Part shown: in pieces, positions 12,150 to 23,381 of the stretch | How positions within the stretch are numbered: the first letter of the stretch is position 1 | How the letters are laid out: each line of letters begins with the position of its first letter | Made by a program: the position numbers and the translations under genes | Notes under the pieces: model-generated | What the model saw: the letters and a program-made list of their open reading frames with translations, nothing else | What the model was told of the DNA's origin: nothing | Database searches by the model: none | From: Utricularia gibba | Taxonomy: Eukaryota; Plantae; Magnoliophyta | Length of the DNA: 64,000 bases | Direction: 5' to 3' | NCBI GenBank assembly: GCA_002189035.1 | Contig: NEEC01000020.1 | Coordinates: 62,001 to 126,000, forward strand

Positions 12150-13595
12150 TCAGGACTTGGAAGATTTTGCCCAGAAAAAACCCCTCCTTGGAGCAGGATG
12201 ATAATTTATGGGCATGGATCGGCTAGTCCCCGAGCCGAAGGAGAAATGTCGTCTGAGAAAGGGCGTCACGGTTGAACTCTTGGTGGTGGCGCTTGAGACA
12301 ATCTTAGAAGCCCTCTTACCATCAAGAACCCAAGGGCTAAATGGGTCCAGTGACACATCGATGCTGGGCATCTTGGCTGCGCTTTTCCCAGTACAAGTAC
12401 AGATTGGACAAATAGGGTCATACTTGTGGATCTCAGGGGTCAAGTATTCCAAGCACTCCCCATGGAAGACGTGCCCACAACTTAAAACTGCAACTGCATC
12501 AGTTTCATTACTGATAATTTCCTTTTGGGTGTTCCACCGCCATGAAGGCCTCTCCTCTAAAAGGCTGGAACATAAATAACAAGTCCGAAGATCAAAGGAA
12601 GAAGATCCTGATTTATGCCGACTGTTTCTGGTAATTTTGTCATGACTGAAGCTTGACGTCCCACTATCAAAAGACCATCTCTCCTTACGAGAAGCCGAGA
12701 GCTCCCGGAAGGCAGGGATTGACCAGCTGTCAGAAGAGCCACCATTGGAGCCCCTGGTGGACTCATTACACCAGGCGGGAAGGAGGAACGAAGATGGCTC
12801 TTTGGATGTCGAGAATGACGGAGATCTGTACTCAAGAACTTGACTATCAGATACCTGACGTAGAAATGGATGTGGAGGAGAGCGATGACGCTGTCTTGAA
12901 GGAGTTGCATTCCCAGGCCGCAAATGACTTTGGAAAAACAAAAGGGGTTCTGGCGGAGATGAAACAGAAGGAACAGATGGTGACTGCTTCGAAGGGGATG
13001 GGTATGAAACAGACGGTGACCCTATTGGCTCCTTCACCTGCAAAAGAGTTCAATAAAAGGAGACAACTCTGTTAAGCTGAGAAGTTCAAGAAAAAACTTA
13101 GCTGTTGCCATATGGCAAGAGAAACCAAAACAAGTTTATCCACAATCTCAACATACCTCAGGAAGATAACATGATGTGGCTGGATCTGCAGGGCATACAA
13201 ATAAATAATTTCTCTTAGTTTCAAAATAAATTGTTGTGTTGTGTCTTAAAGCTCACGCCACATTAACTAGGTTTACCAGATGGAAGCATTAGACTTCGTA
13301 CGTTTTCTTCATCTGGAGATTTATGCCACGTGAATGCTCGAAAGCTATCCGATGGGCTACCATCATCCGAAGCAAATGTAGCTTCTGCAGTTGTAAGAGA
13401 TTTAACTTCCATAGGATCATTTCCACAACCCCCGCGGTCTATCGACTCTAAAGTTGTCTCTTGCCCAGCCACTCGCACACGGTTATCCCATCTAAAGCTC
13501 CAAGATGGCGAATGGTGGGAATGCCTCCGTATAGCTGTACCAGTCGATGCAATGGTGTATCCATCCCCGGAAGCAGTGCAACAGGCAGCCCCCAT
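12150..13595 (-). CDS. RING-type zinc finger protein with an N-terminal myristoylation/palmitoylation-like MGAACC start (plant-specific family)
   Basis: Exon 13595-13277 (MGAACC...HSPSWSFRWDNRVRVAG), a 29-nt exon 13185-13157 that restores phase, and exon 13037-12150 (SDSWSIPAFREL, ERWSFDS, CYLCSSLL...AVLSCGHVFHGECLEYLTPEIHKYDPICPIC). The 5' UTR probably runs to about 14.2 kb. Confidence 0.88.
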
Positions 13596-14189
13596 CTTTC
13601 TTACATACAGCACAAAGGAGTAACAAATTCAGCCAGTTTCCCCCTGTCTAACATGAGCAAACACGGTGGATATAAATCCTGCGTACCTGAAATTTCTAGT
13701 ATTATGAGCTAAATTCCATCGGCCAATGTATTCTCTCTTTAAAAATCTTCGGTGAGCTGCACATGTGATCTCTCTAAGCAGCTTGTAAGCTTAACTTCTG
13801 AAAAAAGAGAATCAAAATCTGATACAGTCATCCAGTAATAATGTTCCATTGTTTGCAACCCAGTGCTTCCATATCTAACAATCATAGATCCACAGCTCAA
13901 GAACATAAAACCTGACAGCAAAGTCCTCAGTAGCAATACCACAATCCTCAATCCAAGCGATACCGATCTTTAGCTCCTGATACCCTCGTCGGGCAGGACA
14001 AAAAGAACCAAAATACGACGAAGGAATCAGCCCCAAAATGGGGAAAACTCCAAATACTCAAAAACGGAAATGTGATTGAGAGTTCGCTCCCCACGAACCC
14101 TAGGCGGAAGAATAATCCCGCCTCGGCGAGAGCGTCACTCACAAATGTAAAAGAATCTGAAATTGTATATGGGGACAGAGAGAGAGAAG

Positions 14190-14240
14190 AATTTGGGCCC
14201 GCTTCAAGGTACAAAACACCCATAATTTAGGCCCATGTGC
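14190..14240. promoter_or_regulatory. Site II (TGGGCC/GGCCCA) motifs in a probable bidirectional promoter
   Basis: tttgggcccg at about 14192 and taggcccat at about 14229, with a telo-box-like aaccctag at about 14096. Confidence 0.45.
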
Positions 14241-15185
14241 TACTACACAAACTACACTGTTCTTGATACCGAAGAGGTTGGTAAAGATTTTCGTCAGGGC
14301 GCCCAAAGACAGCGAATTTGAGTCCAGATCCAGACGCGTGCTGTCCTCTCTCCATCCATCTTCAGGGTCATGACTACGAGTTCCAAATGTTGTGTATTTG
14401 TTTTGGACATTAGTGAACTGATTCAGCTGAATGGAAAACTGCTTGCGGATGGAATTTTGTTAACAGCGTCACGCTCGACGCCATCACGGGATCTGTCACG
14501 AGGCACTGTGGACAATATCGATAAAGAATTCTTCGCTTCAGCTCCACTTGGTTACTTGGGTGGTTGATTCCTCGTTTTTCCACAGGAATTTGGGGTGTTT
14601 ATGAGCTGTTATGGAGTGGAGTCTTAGTTTGGGTGCTCGAAGCTGTGGATGCCAGGTGAAAAATCTGATTTATTTTGGTGTGCATTCTCTTTGAAATCAT
14701 CCGAAAAAACATGTCTTTCCTGGTTTGTTCTGCAGCCAACCACCAGAACACTCAGATGAAGGACCATGGAAGAAACCCGAAATCCGATTGGAATGACCTC
14801 CCACATGAAGTATCTCTACCTCAAGGTAATTGAATTAGATGAGATAAATGATCGATTTGAATGCAGATGGTGCTAAATGGTGAAGCCAAGCGCACGATAC
14901 GGGTTCTTAAATCTCAAAGAACGCTTTTCTTTGTCAGGGCCTCGTTATCCCGGAGGTGGCAAGTCCTCGTTAGATTTTCAGTTCCCCTGGATGATGAATT
15001 TGAAGGATTGGAACCTTTTTTTTTTTTTTTGTACTCGTTTCCGTTGGATGCTTCTCGGATCAAGTTTAGAGCTAACGTTGCGATGAACGTGAAGGAGTAC
15101 AACTGACAGAGAAATTCAACACAAACCCAGAAAGGACGAGGGAAGCAAGAAAGGATAACATGAAGATGACCAACACAATCTACTT

Positions 15186-15922
15186 CTAGTTTCTCCAGTT
15201 CCCTTCGCCGCCGCCCCTTGAGTATCCACGGTCGCCGCCGTAACCACCACCGCCAGAGCGGCTACCTCCGTAGCCACCATCACCATAGCCACCTGAACGG
15301 CCCCCACCGTAGCCACGGTCATATCCATAACCACCTCCCTCACGGCGCCCGCCGCCGTAACCACCACCACCACCTCCGTCACGACGAGGGCCGCGGAATC
15401 CGCCGCCGCCCCCGCCGCTACCGCCACGGGACTGCGCCTCATTCACGGTTATGTTACGGCCGTCCAGCTCCTGGCCGTTCATACCCTCGATGGCGTCCTT
15501 CATCGACTGCTCATCCTTGAAGGTCACAAATCCGAAACCCCTTGACCTCCCAGTCTCACGATCATTGATGACCTTTAGCAGAAACAGGTAAAATAATCAG
15601 ATCCGGTACAGATCTGATAGATTAAGCACAAAACCGAAAAGCGATAATTCGATCTTCGACCCTTTGGTTAAGAAGTGGAAGAAAGAACGTACCGTTTCAG
15701 TGCATACAGTAACAGAAACAGTAGCAGTAGTAACAATAGTAACAGTAACAGTAACGCTTAGCAGATCTGAGCGTATGGCGCGAGATCCAGTCTCTGCGGT
15801 AAACCGACCTTCGATTCGATGACTTCGCCATAGGTAGCGAAAGCCTGTTCAAGTCCCTGATCGGTGGTAGACCAGGCCAAGCCACCGACGAAACATCTAA
15901 ACTCAACATCAGCTGCGGCCAT
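15186..15922 (-). CDS. GRP7: Glycine-rich RNA-binding protein (RRM plus Gly-rich tail), GRP7/GRP8-like
   Basis: Exon 1 15922-15809 ([19 protein letters not shown]...GEVIESK) and exon 2 15572-15186 ([21 protein letters not shown]1 motif, then GGGYGG repeats ending EGNWRN). Confidence 0.96.
15703..15756. repeat. (CAGTAA/CAGTAG)n repeat inside the GRP intron
   Basis: acagtaacagaaacagtagcagtagtaacaatagtaacagtaacagtaac read directly. Confidence 0.8.
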
Positions 15923-16126
15923 TGGGGACTCTGCGAATTCCAACTCTGTATCGATGCGGTGCTAGGAGGCAGGGTAATGGGGGATTTATATAAAGATGGC
16001 GCTAGGTTTTTCGTGGAAATACTATCGTGCGCCGCGAGTTAATTCTGTAACCAGGGTTGAGCGTAAAAGGCAATGCGAGTGGGCCCCCAACTAGGGTTAG
16101 GGTTAAATATAGACTATGGGTTAGCG

Positions 16127-16135
16127 AGATATTTT
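16127..16135 (-). promoter_or_regulatory. Evening element (AAAATATCT) in the GRP promoter
   Basis: Perfect AGATATTTT on the plus strand, about 205 nt upstream of the GRP ATG and upstream of its TATA box (about 15985-15993). AtGRP7/CCR2 is an established evening-phased, evening-element gene. Confidence 0.7.
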
Positions 16136-16498
16136 CCTCCCATGATGACGACACGATGCCGATCTGGCAGCTCTACGGTACGTGGCGGCGTGTCATTGGC
16201 TTTCACTTCAACGTGTGGATCCTCCTCCCCATACTCGAGAATTCAAAAAACAGCACACTGATTCGCACAGCATCATTTTCGTGTAAAGGTGAATGAGGGA
16301 GAGCACAGTGGGATGGGGTTCGATGATCTGTGCGCACTCTGCAGTGCATCATTCAGTGGCCATCGCATGAATAGTAGATTCAAAGTATAAACGGTTCCGA
16401 TGTATCCAAGTGCAAGCCCTGGATTGGAGACAAATAGCCAGTTACGGATGGCAAGGAATGATCAAAAAGGAAAAAAAAAGAGAAAAAGAGAGAAGAAA

Positions 16499-16570
16499 AG
16501 GTCCCACCGAGATTTGAACTCGGGTTACTGGATTCAGAGTCCAATGTCCTGACCACTAGACCATGGGACC
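16499..16570 (-). tRNA. trnQ-CUG: tRNA-Gln, anticodon CUG
   Basis: Minus strand GGTCCCATGGTCTAGTGGTCAGGACATTGGACTCTGAATCCAGTAACCCGAGTTCAAATCTCGGTGGGACCT: 72 nt, cloverleaf with A and B boxes, downstream T-rich terminator. Confidence 0.97.
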
Positions 16571-16832
16571 TCTTATTGATGAACAGTTTAAATCATTATA
16601 AAACTATCAAGCAATACGTTTTGTTGAAATTCTCACTAGTTTCTTCGTCTCTCCTTGGTCTGTCAAGGTCGTCGCCTCGCCCTACGAAACTTCATTGGGA
16701 GTTTTCGGGGGTCATTGAGGTCTTATAAAGTCCAACATTTTTCTCTCCTATTCTCGATTACGCGGATTGAAGATGAAGTAAGGTGCTGAACTTTGACTTC
16801 TCTCCGAATTTATTCTCTTAGGTAACAAAAAA

Positions 16833-18922
16833 ATGTCAGTTTCTGAGCTGAGGGAGCGGCATACTGCTGCTGAAGAAGCCGTTGTATCTCTCAGAGAAGA
16901 GTTGAAGGAGAAGCGTCGCCTTCTTTTGGACACTGATGGTTCGAATTTAAAGTAGTTTTTCTGAGTTTTTCTGTTTTTGTTTGATGATCAATGTTATGAA
17001 TTGGCGAGCGCTGGATCTATTTTCAAGCTTACGGTCATGTGGGTTGATCTGTTTCGTTTGGTTGGAATAATCACCGACGCGATTTTTTTTTTTAATTTCA
17101 TCCCAGTTGCTGGGTACGCGCGCTCGCAGGGGAAGACTCCTGTGGCCTTTGGTACTACTGATCTCGTTTGCTGTCGGACTTTGCAGGGACACACTGGAAG
17201 GGCAAGTTTTTGGCGTATTTGAGTATAGATACACTTATTAGTTTGTGCATTCTGCATTTAGTTTAATTTCCATGTGTTTGTTTGCGTGTGTATTGTTTGG
17301 CCATACTGATCTGCACTGTTGTATCCAACGATTTTATAGCTGTATTTCCTCTTCTGAGTAAATGTGTGTCAATGTATAGATTCGCTCTTAGAAATTAGTT
17401 CTACCAGTTATTGAATTTGTTCGTTTTTTAGCTTGTATATGGGACTCCTAGACTCTGTCCAGAGCTATGTTTCTTGAACTAATTTCATGAATCACGCTGT
17501 TATGCATGATTAGATGCAGTATTTTCCTCGTGTCTCATCCCACACTAGGTGCAAGCTGTTGGCTGAATCCTGGTACTTTCAGGTTTATTCACTCGATTGG
17601 ACTCCTGAAAAAAATCGTGTTGTCAGTGCATCGCAAGATGGCAGATTAATAGTGTGGAACGCTCTGACAAGCCAGAAGACACATGCAATCAAGCTACCTT
17701 GCTCGTGGGTTATGACCTGTGCCTTCTCAACGAGTGGTCAATACGTGGCATCTGGTGGTCTAGATAGCATTTGTTCTGTTTTTAACTTGAGCTCGCAAAC
17801 TGATAGGGATGGGAATCTGCCAGTCTTTAGAATGCTGAGTGGGCATAAGAGTTATGTGTCTTCATGCCAGTTTGTTCCACATGAGGATACTCACCTAATT
17901 ACTGCGTCTGGGGATCGAGCATGTGTTTTGTGGGACATAACTACAGGCTTGAAAACTGTCACGTTCGGAGGTGAATTGCAGTCTGGTCATGAAAAAGATG
18001 TTCTAAGGTATGTTTTGTACTTTCTTCTACTGACCTTCATCTCTTGTTATCATAAACTTTGGTGATTCTCTTTTGATTCAGTGTCTCAATAAGTGGATGC
18101 AATTCCCGAATGTTTGTGTCCGGTTCGTGCGATCAGACTGCCCGAATTTGGGACACTCGCGCTGCCAGTCGAGCTGTTTCCACATTTCATGGCCATGCTG
18201 GAGATGTCAGTTCTGTCAAGTTCTTTCCTGATGGGAACAGGTTTGGAACCGGCTCAGATGATGGAACGTGTAGATTATTTGATATTAGAACTGGTCACCA
18301 GTTACAAGTGTACAGTCAACCACATAGTAGCCCTGAAGTCCCTCATGTGACCTCTATTGCATTTTCTATATCTGGCCGTCTCCTCTTTGCTGCTTACGAC
18401 AATGGGGATTGCCTCGTCTGGGACACACTGTTGGCACAGGTATATACGACAGTGGTTAATCCTGGGTTGCTCCACGCTAGACAAACGAAAATTTATGCTG
18501 GCTAATTTGTTCAAGCAAAGGCTCTACCATGTTTGTAGGTTTGTTTGAACTTGGGATCCTTCCGCAATTCTCATGAAGGCCGGGTTAGCTCTCTAGGACT
18601 TTCAGCTGATGGAAGTGCCTTATGTACAGGAAGCTGGGATACAAACCTCAAGGTTAGTAGATGCATGCCTGTTTCTTTTGATTTTTCACACGCCACCGAA
18701 AAAGTAGCAGATAATACGCTGGTTGCTTCAAATAACCAGTATGTTCATCAAACCAACAGGCTACATTGCTTGCCTATTGCTCTTTCTGATGTAACAACAT
18801 ACCGTTTCGGTACCAGACATTGACCATTTTGAGCCAAACAAGACTCTCTGGCTTAAGCTTACCCCCCGTTTCTTTGGTGCTCGCAGATTTGGGCCTTTGG
18901 AGGGAACAGAACAGTTGTATGA
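16833..18922 (+). CDS. AGB1: Heterotrimeric G-protein beta subunit (WD40)
   Basis: Exons 16833-16938, 17107-17201 (followed by a GC donor), 17583-18007, 18082-18439, 18539-18652, 18887-18922. Motifs: MSVSELRERH, CCRTLQGHTGR/VYSLDW, VSASQDGRLIVWNALT, SGSCDQTARIWD, LCTGSWDTNLK/IWAFGG. Confidence 0.97.
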
Positions 18923-19621
18923 ATGGCGAAGAGGGGGTGAAAGGAGATTCGAAATTCGTAATTTGCCTGTGTGTTGGTCTATGGATGCTGCTGTTGTAAC
19001 TTGTAGCTCATGCTCATCAAAGTGTGCTGTTGTAACTTGTTGCACCAGCTTTCTGTTGATGAAGATCCCAGTACCGGAGTTGTCTTGGTGCCATCAGATC
19101 ATAAACCCCACACCCCCTTGTGGATACTGGAAATCAGGGAAGATGGTGAAGGACCATGCAATTTAGCCGTGGAGCCTTCCTGGCTTACTCTTTCCGGCAG
19201 CTAGTTACTCGGAAAGTCGTCTTCACCAAATAGGTGCCCACCAGTGCACGTGATTATCTTCCCCAGAGCTGCCTTCACCGATCTCTGTTTCGCTGCAATT
19301 CCGTCGTATCTCTGCTCAGTGTGCTGATGTGCGCATCTAGGAAAGTCCTGATGTTTTTAGCCGTTGATTTCACGTTTTCAATTGTAGAACCAGAATCTGA
19401 TTCATAATACAACAAGATGTTTATAAATAAGAGGGACCATCCTAAATGAGATACAATATCCGGAAGTAAAGAAGATCGGGAGTATCAAACTAACAATATT
19501 TTACTAGGAAACATATATGATATGTACATGAACAAGCTCGGACTTGTACGTGCATTGCATGGATGAGCGCCCTTCTTCTGCTGGTCCCTGTGCTTTGCTA
19601 CCGTTTCTTGAAGTTCATGAG

Positions 19622-20435
19622 TTAAAGCAATGCTTTGAAGAGACCCACGATGAGTGCTGCGGGGTCCCCTAACACGGCGGAAGCGACTGCCTGTACACCC
19701 AACGCTGCAATCTCGCACCCTTTGAGAGAGGGCCCTTTGCTCTTCTTTCGGCTCCGCGCCGCCTGAAGACTGCCTCTCAGGCTCGGAATTTTCGGGTTCG
19801 TTTCCCTAACGCCGCCGCAGACGCAACTGCTTCGCTGGGGGAACTCGTGCCAGCGCTCCGCTAACATCTCCTTCGCGCACGCTACGTGGAGATTGTACTT
19901 TTTGCATGAAGATCGGTAGCTCCAGCTCCGTACCTTTCTACCGCACCTACAGAAAAAAGGTCAACTTGCTTGTTTTAGGAGCCTAATTTCGGGAGATTTT
20001 TTTTTTTTTTGGCTGGGGCACTTGCCTGAGACATGGAGCCTTAACCTTCTTGTGCAAATACAGTTTGATTTCTCCGTCGTCCAGAAGCATCGGAAGTTTC
20101 GCGCAGCAGGGGTGGAGATCGAATCCGCAAGATTTGCAATGGTAGACGAATCCGCTCACGTCCTTCTCACAAGCGTTGCAGTAACGCGCCACCTCCCCTG
20201 GCGGCCGGCTCATGAACTCGAACGAGCACTTTGTGTAGAACGGGTGTGTGATGGACGGCAAGGGAATGGCACAATGCGTGTGCAGATCAAAGTTACACCC
20301 CGCCCCGCCGGAGCATCTGTATCGCGAGCCGATTCCGGCCTCCTTGCAGCCGTCGCACTTGAAGGGAGCTTCGGAGTACTCCAACTTGAGCGCATGGTGC
20401 GGGTGGCTGAAATGAGAGATCTCCGAGTGCTTCAT
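19622..20435 (-). CDS. Cys/His-rich C1 (DC1) domain protein
   Basis: Exon 1 20435-20026 (HFSHPHHAL...CDGCKE...FDLHTHC; CNACEKDVSGFVYHCKSCGFDLHPCC), GC-AG intron 20025-19947, exon 2 19946-19622 (CGRKVRSWSYRSSCKKYNLHVAC...AVLGDPAALIVG). Confidence 0.9.
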
Positions 20436-20903
20436 GACCGTCACCTGCAACTCCGGTTCCCCATTGCCGCCGCCCTCTCCGATTTATAAGGTAGCAGATA
20501 TTTCCCTTCCAGTGGTTCAGTGAAGTAGAAGCAATTTTTGAATGCTTGTCCTTTTCTCAACACTTTCAGAACACGCTGACAATTGGAATGGAGGGGGAAT
20601 ACCAGAAAGTGGCACCTGATGCCCTAAGCATGATCATCAATCAAATGAGCAGTGATTATTCCCTAATTCTGATTCTCAACCACTGTGTCTAGTGCCCCTA
20701 TCCTCAGTACCTTGAGGAGAATCCCACCACATGTAAACATCTTCAAGGTGAAGCATGTCAAGGAAATGGTTGCCGCCAGCTGCACAGATTTCGACCCCTG
20801 GCCCAAGAATTCAAATGTGGAGAACAGGCCCGGCCCAGAAACCATCGCGGCCGGTTTTATTTCTCCGTCTTGTCCATTGAAGAGAAACCCTAGGTAAAGC
20901 GGG

Positions 20904-21149
20904 ATGTCGTATGACGATGTGGAGATCGAGGACATGGAGTGGAACGAGGAGTTGCAGGCCTTCACATACCCATGCCCCTGCGGCGATCTCTTCCAGATAA
21001 CCAAGGAGGATCTCAGGATCGGGGAGGAAATTGCCCGTTGCCCGAGCTGCTCGCTCTACATCACCGTTATCTACAACATCGAAGATTTTCAGGACACTTC
21101 AACACGGAAAAGTGGCGGCCCGAAGCCACAGCCCGTCCCGGTTGCATGA
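20904..21149 (+). CDS. DPH3: Diphthamide biosynthesis protein 3 (CSL zinc finger)
   Basis: Intronless, 81 aa: MSYDDVEIEDMEWNEELQAFTYPCPCGDLFQITKEDLRIGEEIARCPSCSLYITV. Telo-box aaaccctag just upstream. Confidence 0.96.
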   Translation: MSYDDVEIEDMEWNEELQAFTYPCPCGDLFQITKEDLRIGEEIARCPSCSLYITVIYNIEDFQDTSTRKSGGPKPQPVPVA

Positions 21150-21620
21150 AAAGCTTCTGGTTTTTTGCAATTTTTACGACATGATTGGCTCATGGTTACG
21201 TCTCGTTGTTTCATAGAAATTAGGGTTTTGTGTTGCGTGGGAATGGCGGTGAGTGAGCGGCCGCCGGATGGATTTCATGTAATTCATATAATTTTCAAAA
21301 TATTTATAATAATCGAAAATGGCAATTAAGTCATGAGAACGCCAAATTCAGGGGTCCGGCCTGCAGATTTGATGATGTGCGCCCCATGGTTTCGCAGACA
21401 GCACACGGATTTGGATCGATCTGCATCGTCAGATCTTACTTCAACGGTCAGGATCGCCTGCAGGTTCAACCTTCGCAAAAATATCGTCGTTCCCGTGGAA
21501 AAGATCTCTCGTCCTTATCCACAACTTAGATATTCGTATTAAAGGTGAAGAAGCCGCTGAAGGAAGGGGACGATCGGAAAGTGTCGAAAACCCCTGAGAT
21601 TCTTGATCTGAATCGTTGAA

Positions 21621-22583
21621 ATGATCGGTGCGTTGCCTTCCGCGAGCGTTTTCCTCGTTGGGTCTTCTCCAAGAAGAGGCGTTTCAGACGCCGTTGTGTG
21701 CTCTTCAGTTTCTCGAGACAATGCTTCTTTTATACCGAGATTGGAGCCTTTCAGCAGAAGCAAGATCGATAGAGCCGTTAAAGAGCCTCCTCTGATTCAG
21801 AAATCTGAGAATCAAATCGCAGGCAAGATTTTCTATCATAAGTCTGGTTGAAATTGAGTTGTTTTGTAGAGATCTACTTACTTGTTTTCATGCTGTGCAG
21901 ATTATTGCTTGACACTGGAAGGGGATGAATCCTACAGCTGCTGGAAAGCCTATTTTGAACTGAAGGAGCTTGAGGTAACTAATGTGCTGACTTGAGGAAA
22001 TGACATTCAGTTAGTTGCCTTCAATATTAGGTTTGTGATTGGTGGAAGTCTAGGCCTTGTGTGATCGGGGGCGTATATGTCTAAATGGAGATGTTGCATA
22101 TGATGAATCTCCAGGCACCGTAGATTTGAATACAGATAACGAACGGGGAAGAAAGCATAAAGATGGGGTTCTTCTTGCAAACAGAACCAGAGTTTCTTGC
22201 GTTTTGTCCAATGAACTGATTGGTTTATCTTCTCAATTCATCTGATCTGTTTCTGTGAACTTGTGCAGAAAGAAGCTCCCAAAGAGGAAGTAGAAAGACT
22301 TATAATGGAAGCAGGTGGAATCAAGTCCCTGATCGGTTGCGTCCATGGAGTTTCAGCCATTCGCAAGGAGAAGAAGGAACCTGCGAATCCAAGCAAGAGG
22401 CAATACCGTGAGGATATGACAGTAGGTAGATGCCCAACTCCTGACGGTTTGCCGAAAACACAGGAAGAAATCGAGGAAGAAGAAAGGGCCAGAATGCCGG
22501 ATTCCCCATTCACGAGATTGCTTAGAGCTAGAGGAACACACCCTGCTTGGTATTCCCCTGCACCAGAGCACGAAACCGATTGA
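21621..22583 (+). CDS. CBP1: CCG-binding protein 1 / MEE14-like
   Basis: Exons 21621-21822 (FIPRLEPFSRSKIDRAVKEPPLIQKSENQIA; GC donor), 21901-21974 (DYCLTLEGDESYSCWKAYFELKELE), 22269-22583 (AGGIKSLIGCVHG...CPTPDGLPKT...RMPDSPFTRLLR...PAWYSPAPEHETD). Confidence 0.85.
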
Positions 22584-23381
22584 CTACGCTCTACTTTGCG
22601 TTTTCTCCCCGCAGCACATCTTGAAACAAGTACACGGATGAAGAAAAGCAGGCATCTTGATAGCTAGTAGCATTTTGAGGGTGTGCCTGCCTGGTTTTTA
22701 TGTACAGAGGTTTGATTATGGTAGGGATTGTTACTAATAAGACACGAAAAAAGCCAAGGAATTTAGCAGTTTGGATTTTTTTTTTCAATTTAAATGTTGA
22801 CGGAGGCGCCCAGAACCAAAAGCATTAAAAGGCCCAAAGAAGCATGGGCTGGATCAACTTTGGGCTTCAAATTGAAAGGTCACCCACGTGGCATTTCCAC
22901 GTCGGCACAGAATGGATGTTCGAATTCAAAACTCGCATCGCGCGATGAGGCTCCAATCCAAAATGCAACGGTCCTCTCGTTTCATCTCTCCTCCTGTTCT
23001 TATTAGCTGTTAACCTCTGGGCGAGCGGATTAGTTCCAGATCCGTAGCGGGAGTTGAAGTGACGAGGTTCGAGCTAGTGGGATTCATCGATTTCTCTTGT
23101 TTATTTTGATTCTCGACGAATTATATCTCGCTCATTGATGAGAATGATACTGGATAGGTTGGGAGGAGGAGAGTCAATGCTTTTTTATTCGAATTTTCGA
23201 TTGAATTGGTAACTGGGGCTGAAGGGTAACAATTCGTTCTTCACTGTGATACGATACGATTTCAAGATTTCGTGGAGTTCGAGCCCTTTTCCGGGCTTCC
23301 TCTGTCAAGTACGATTTTGTGCTTTGTACAGCTCTTCCTTCAAGAACGGTGAGTTATCATAGCGCTTTTTTATTTTGCAGA

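Noticed and set aside
19010-19204. 63-aa protein-like ORF downstream of AGB1
   Set aside because: It lies in the probable AGB1 3' UTR, has no ATG start and shows no family motif.
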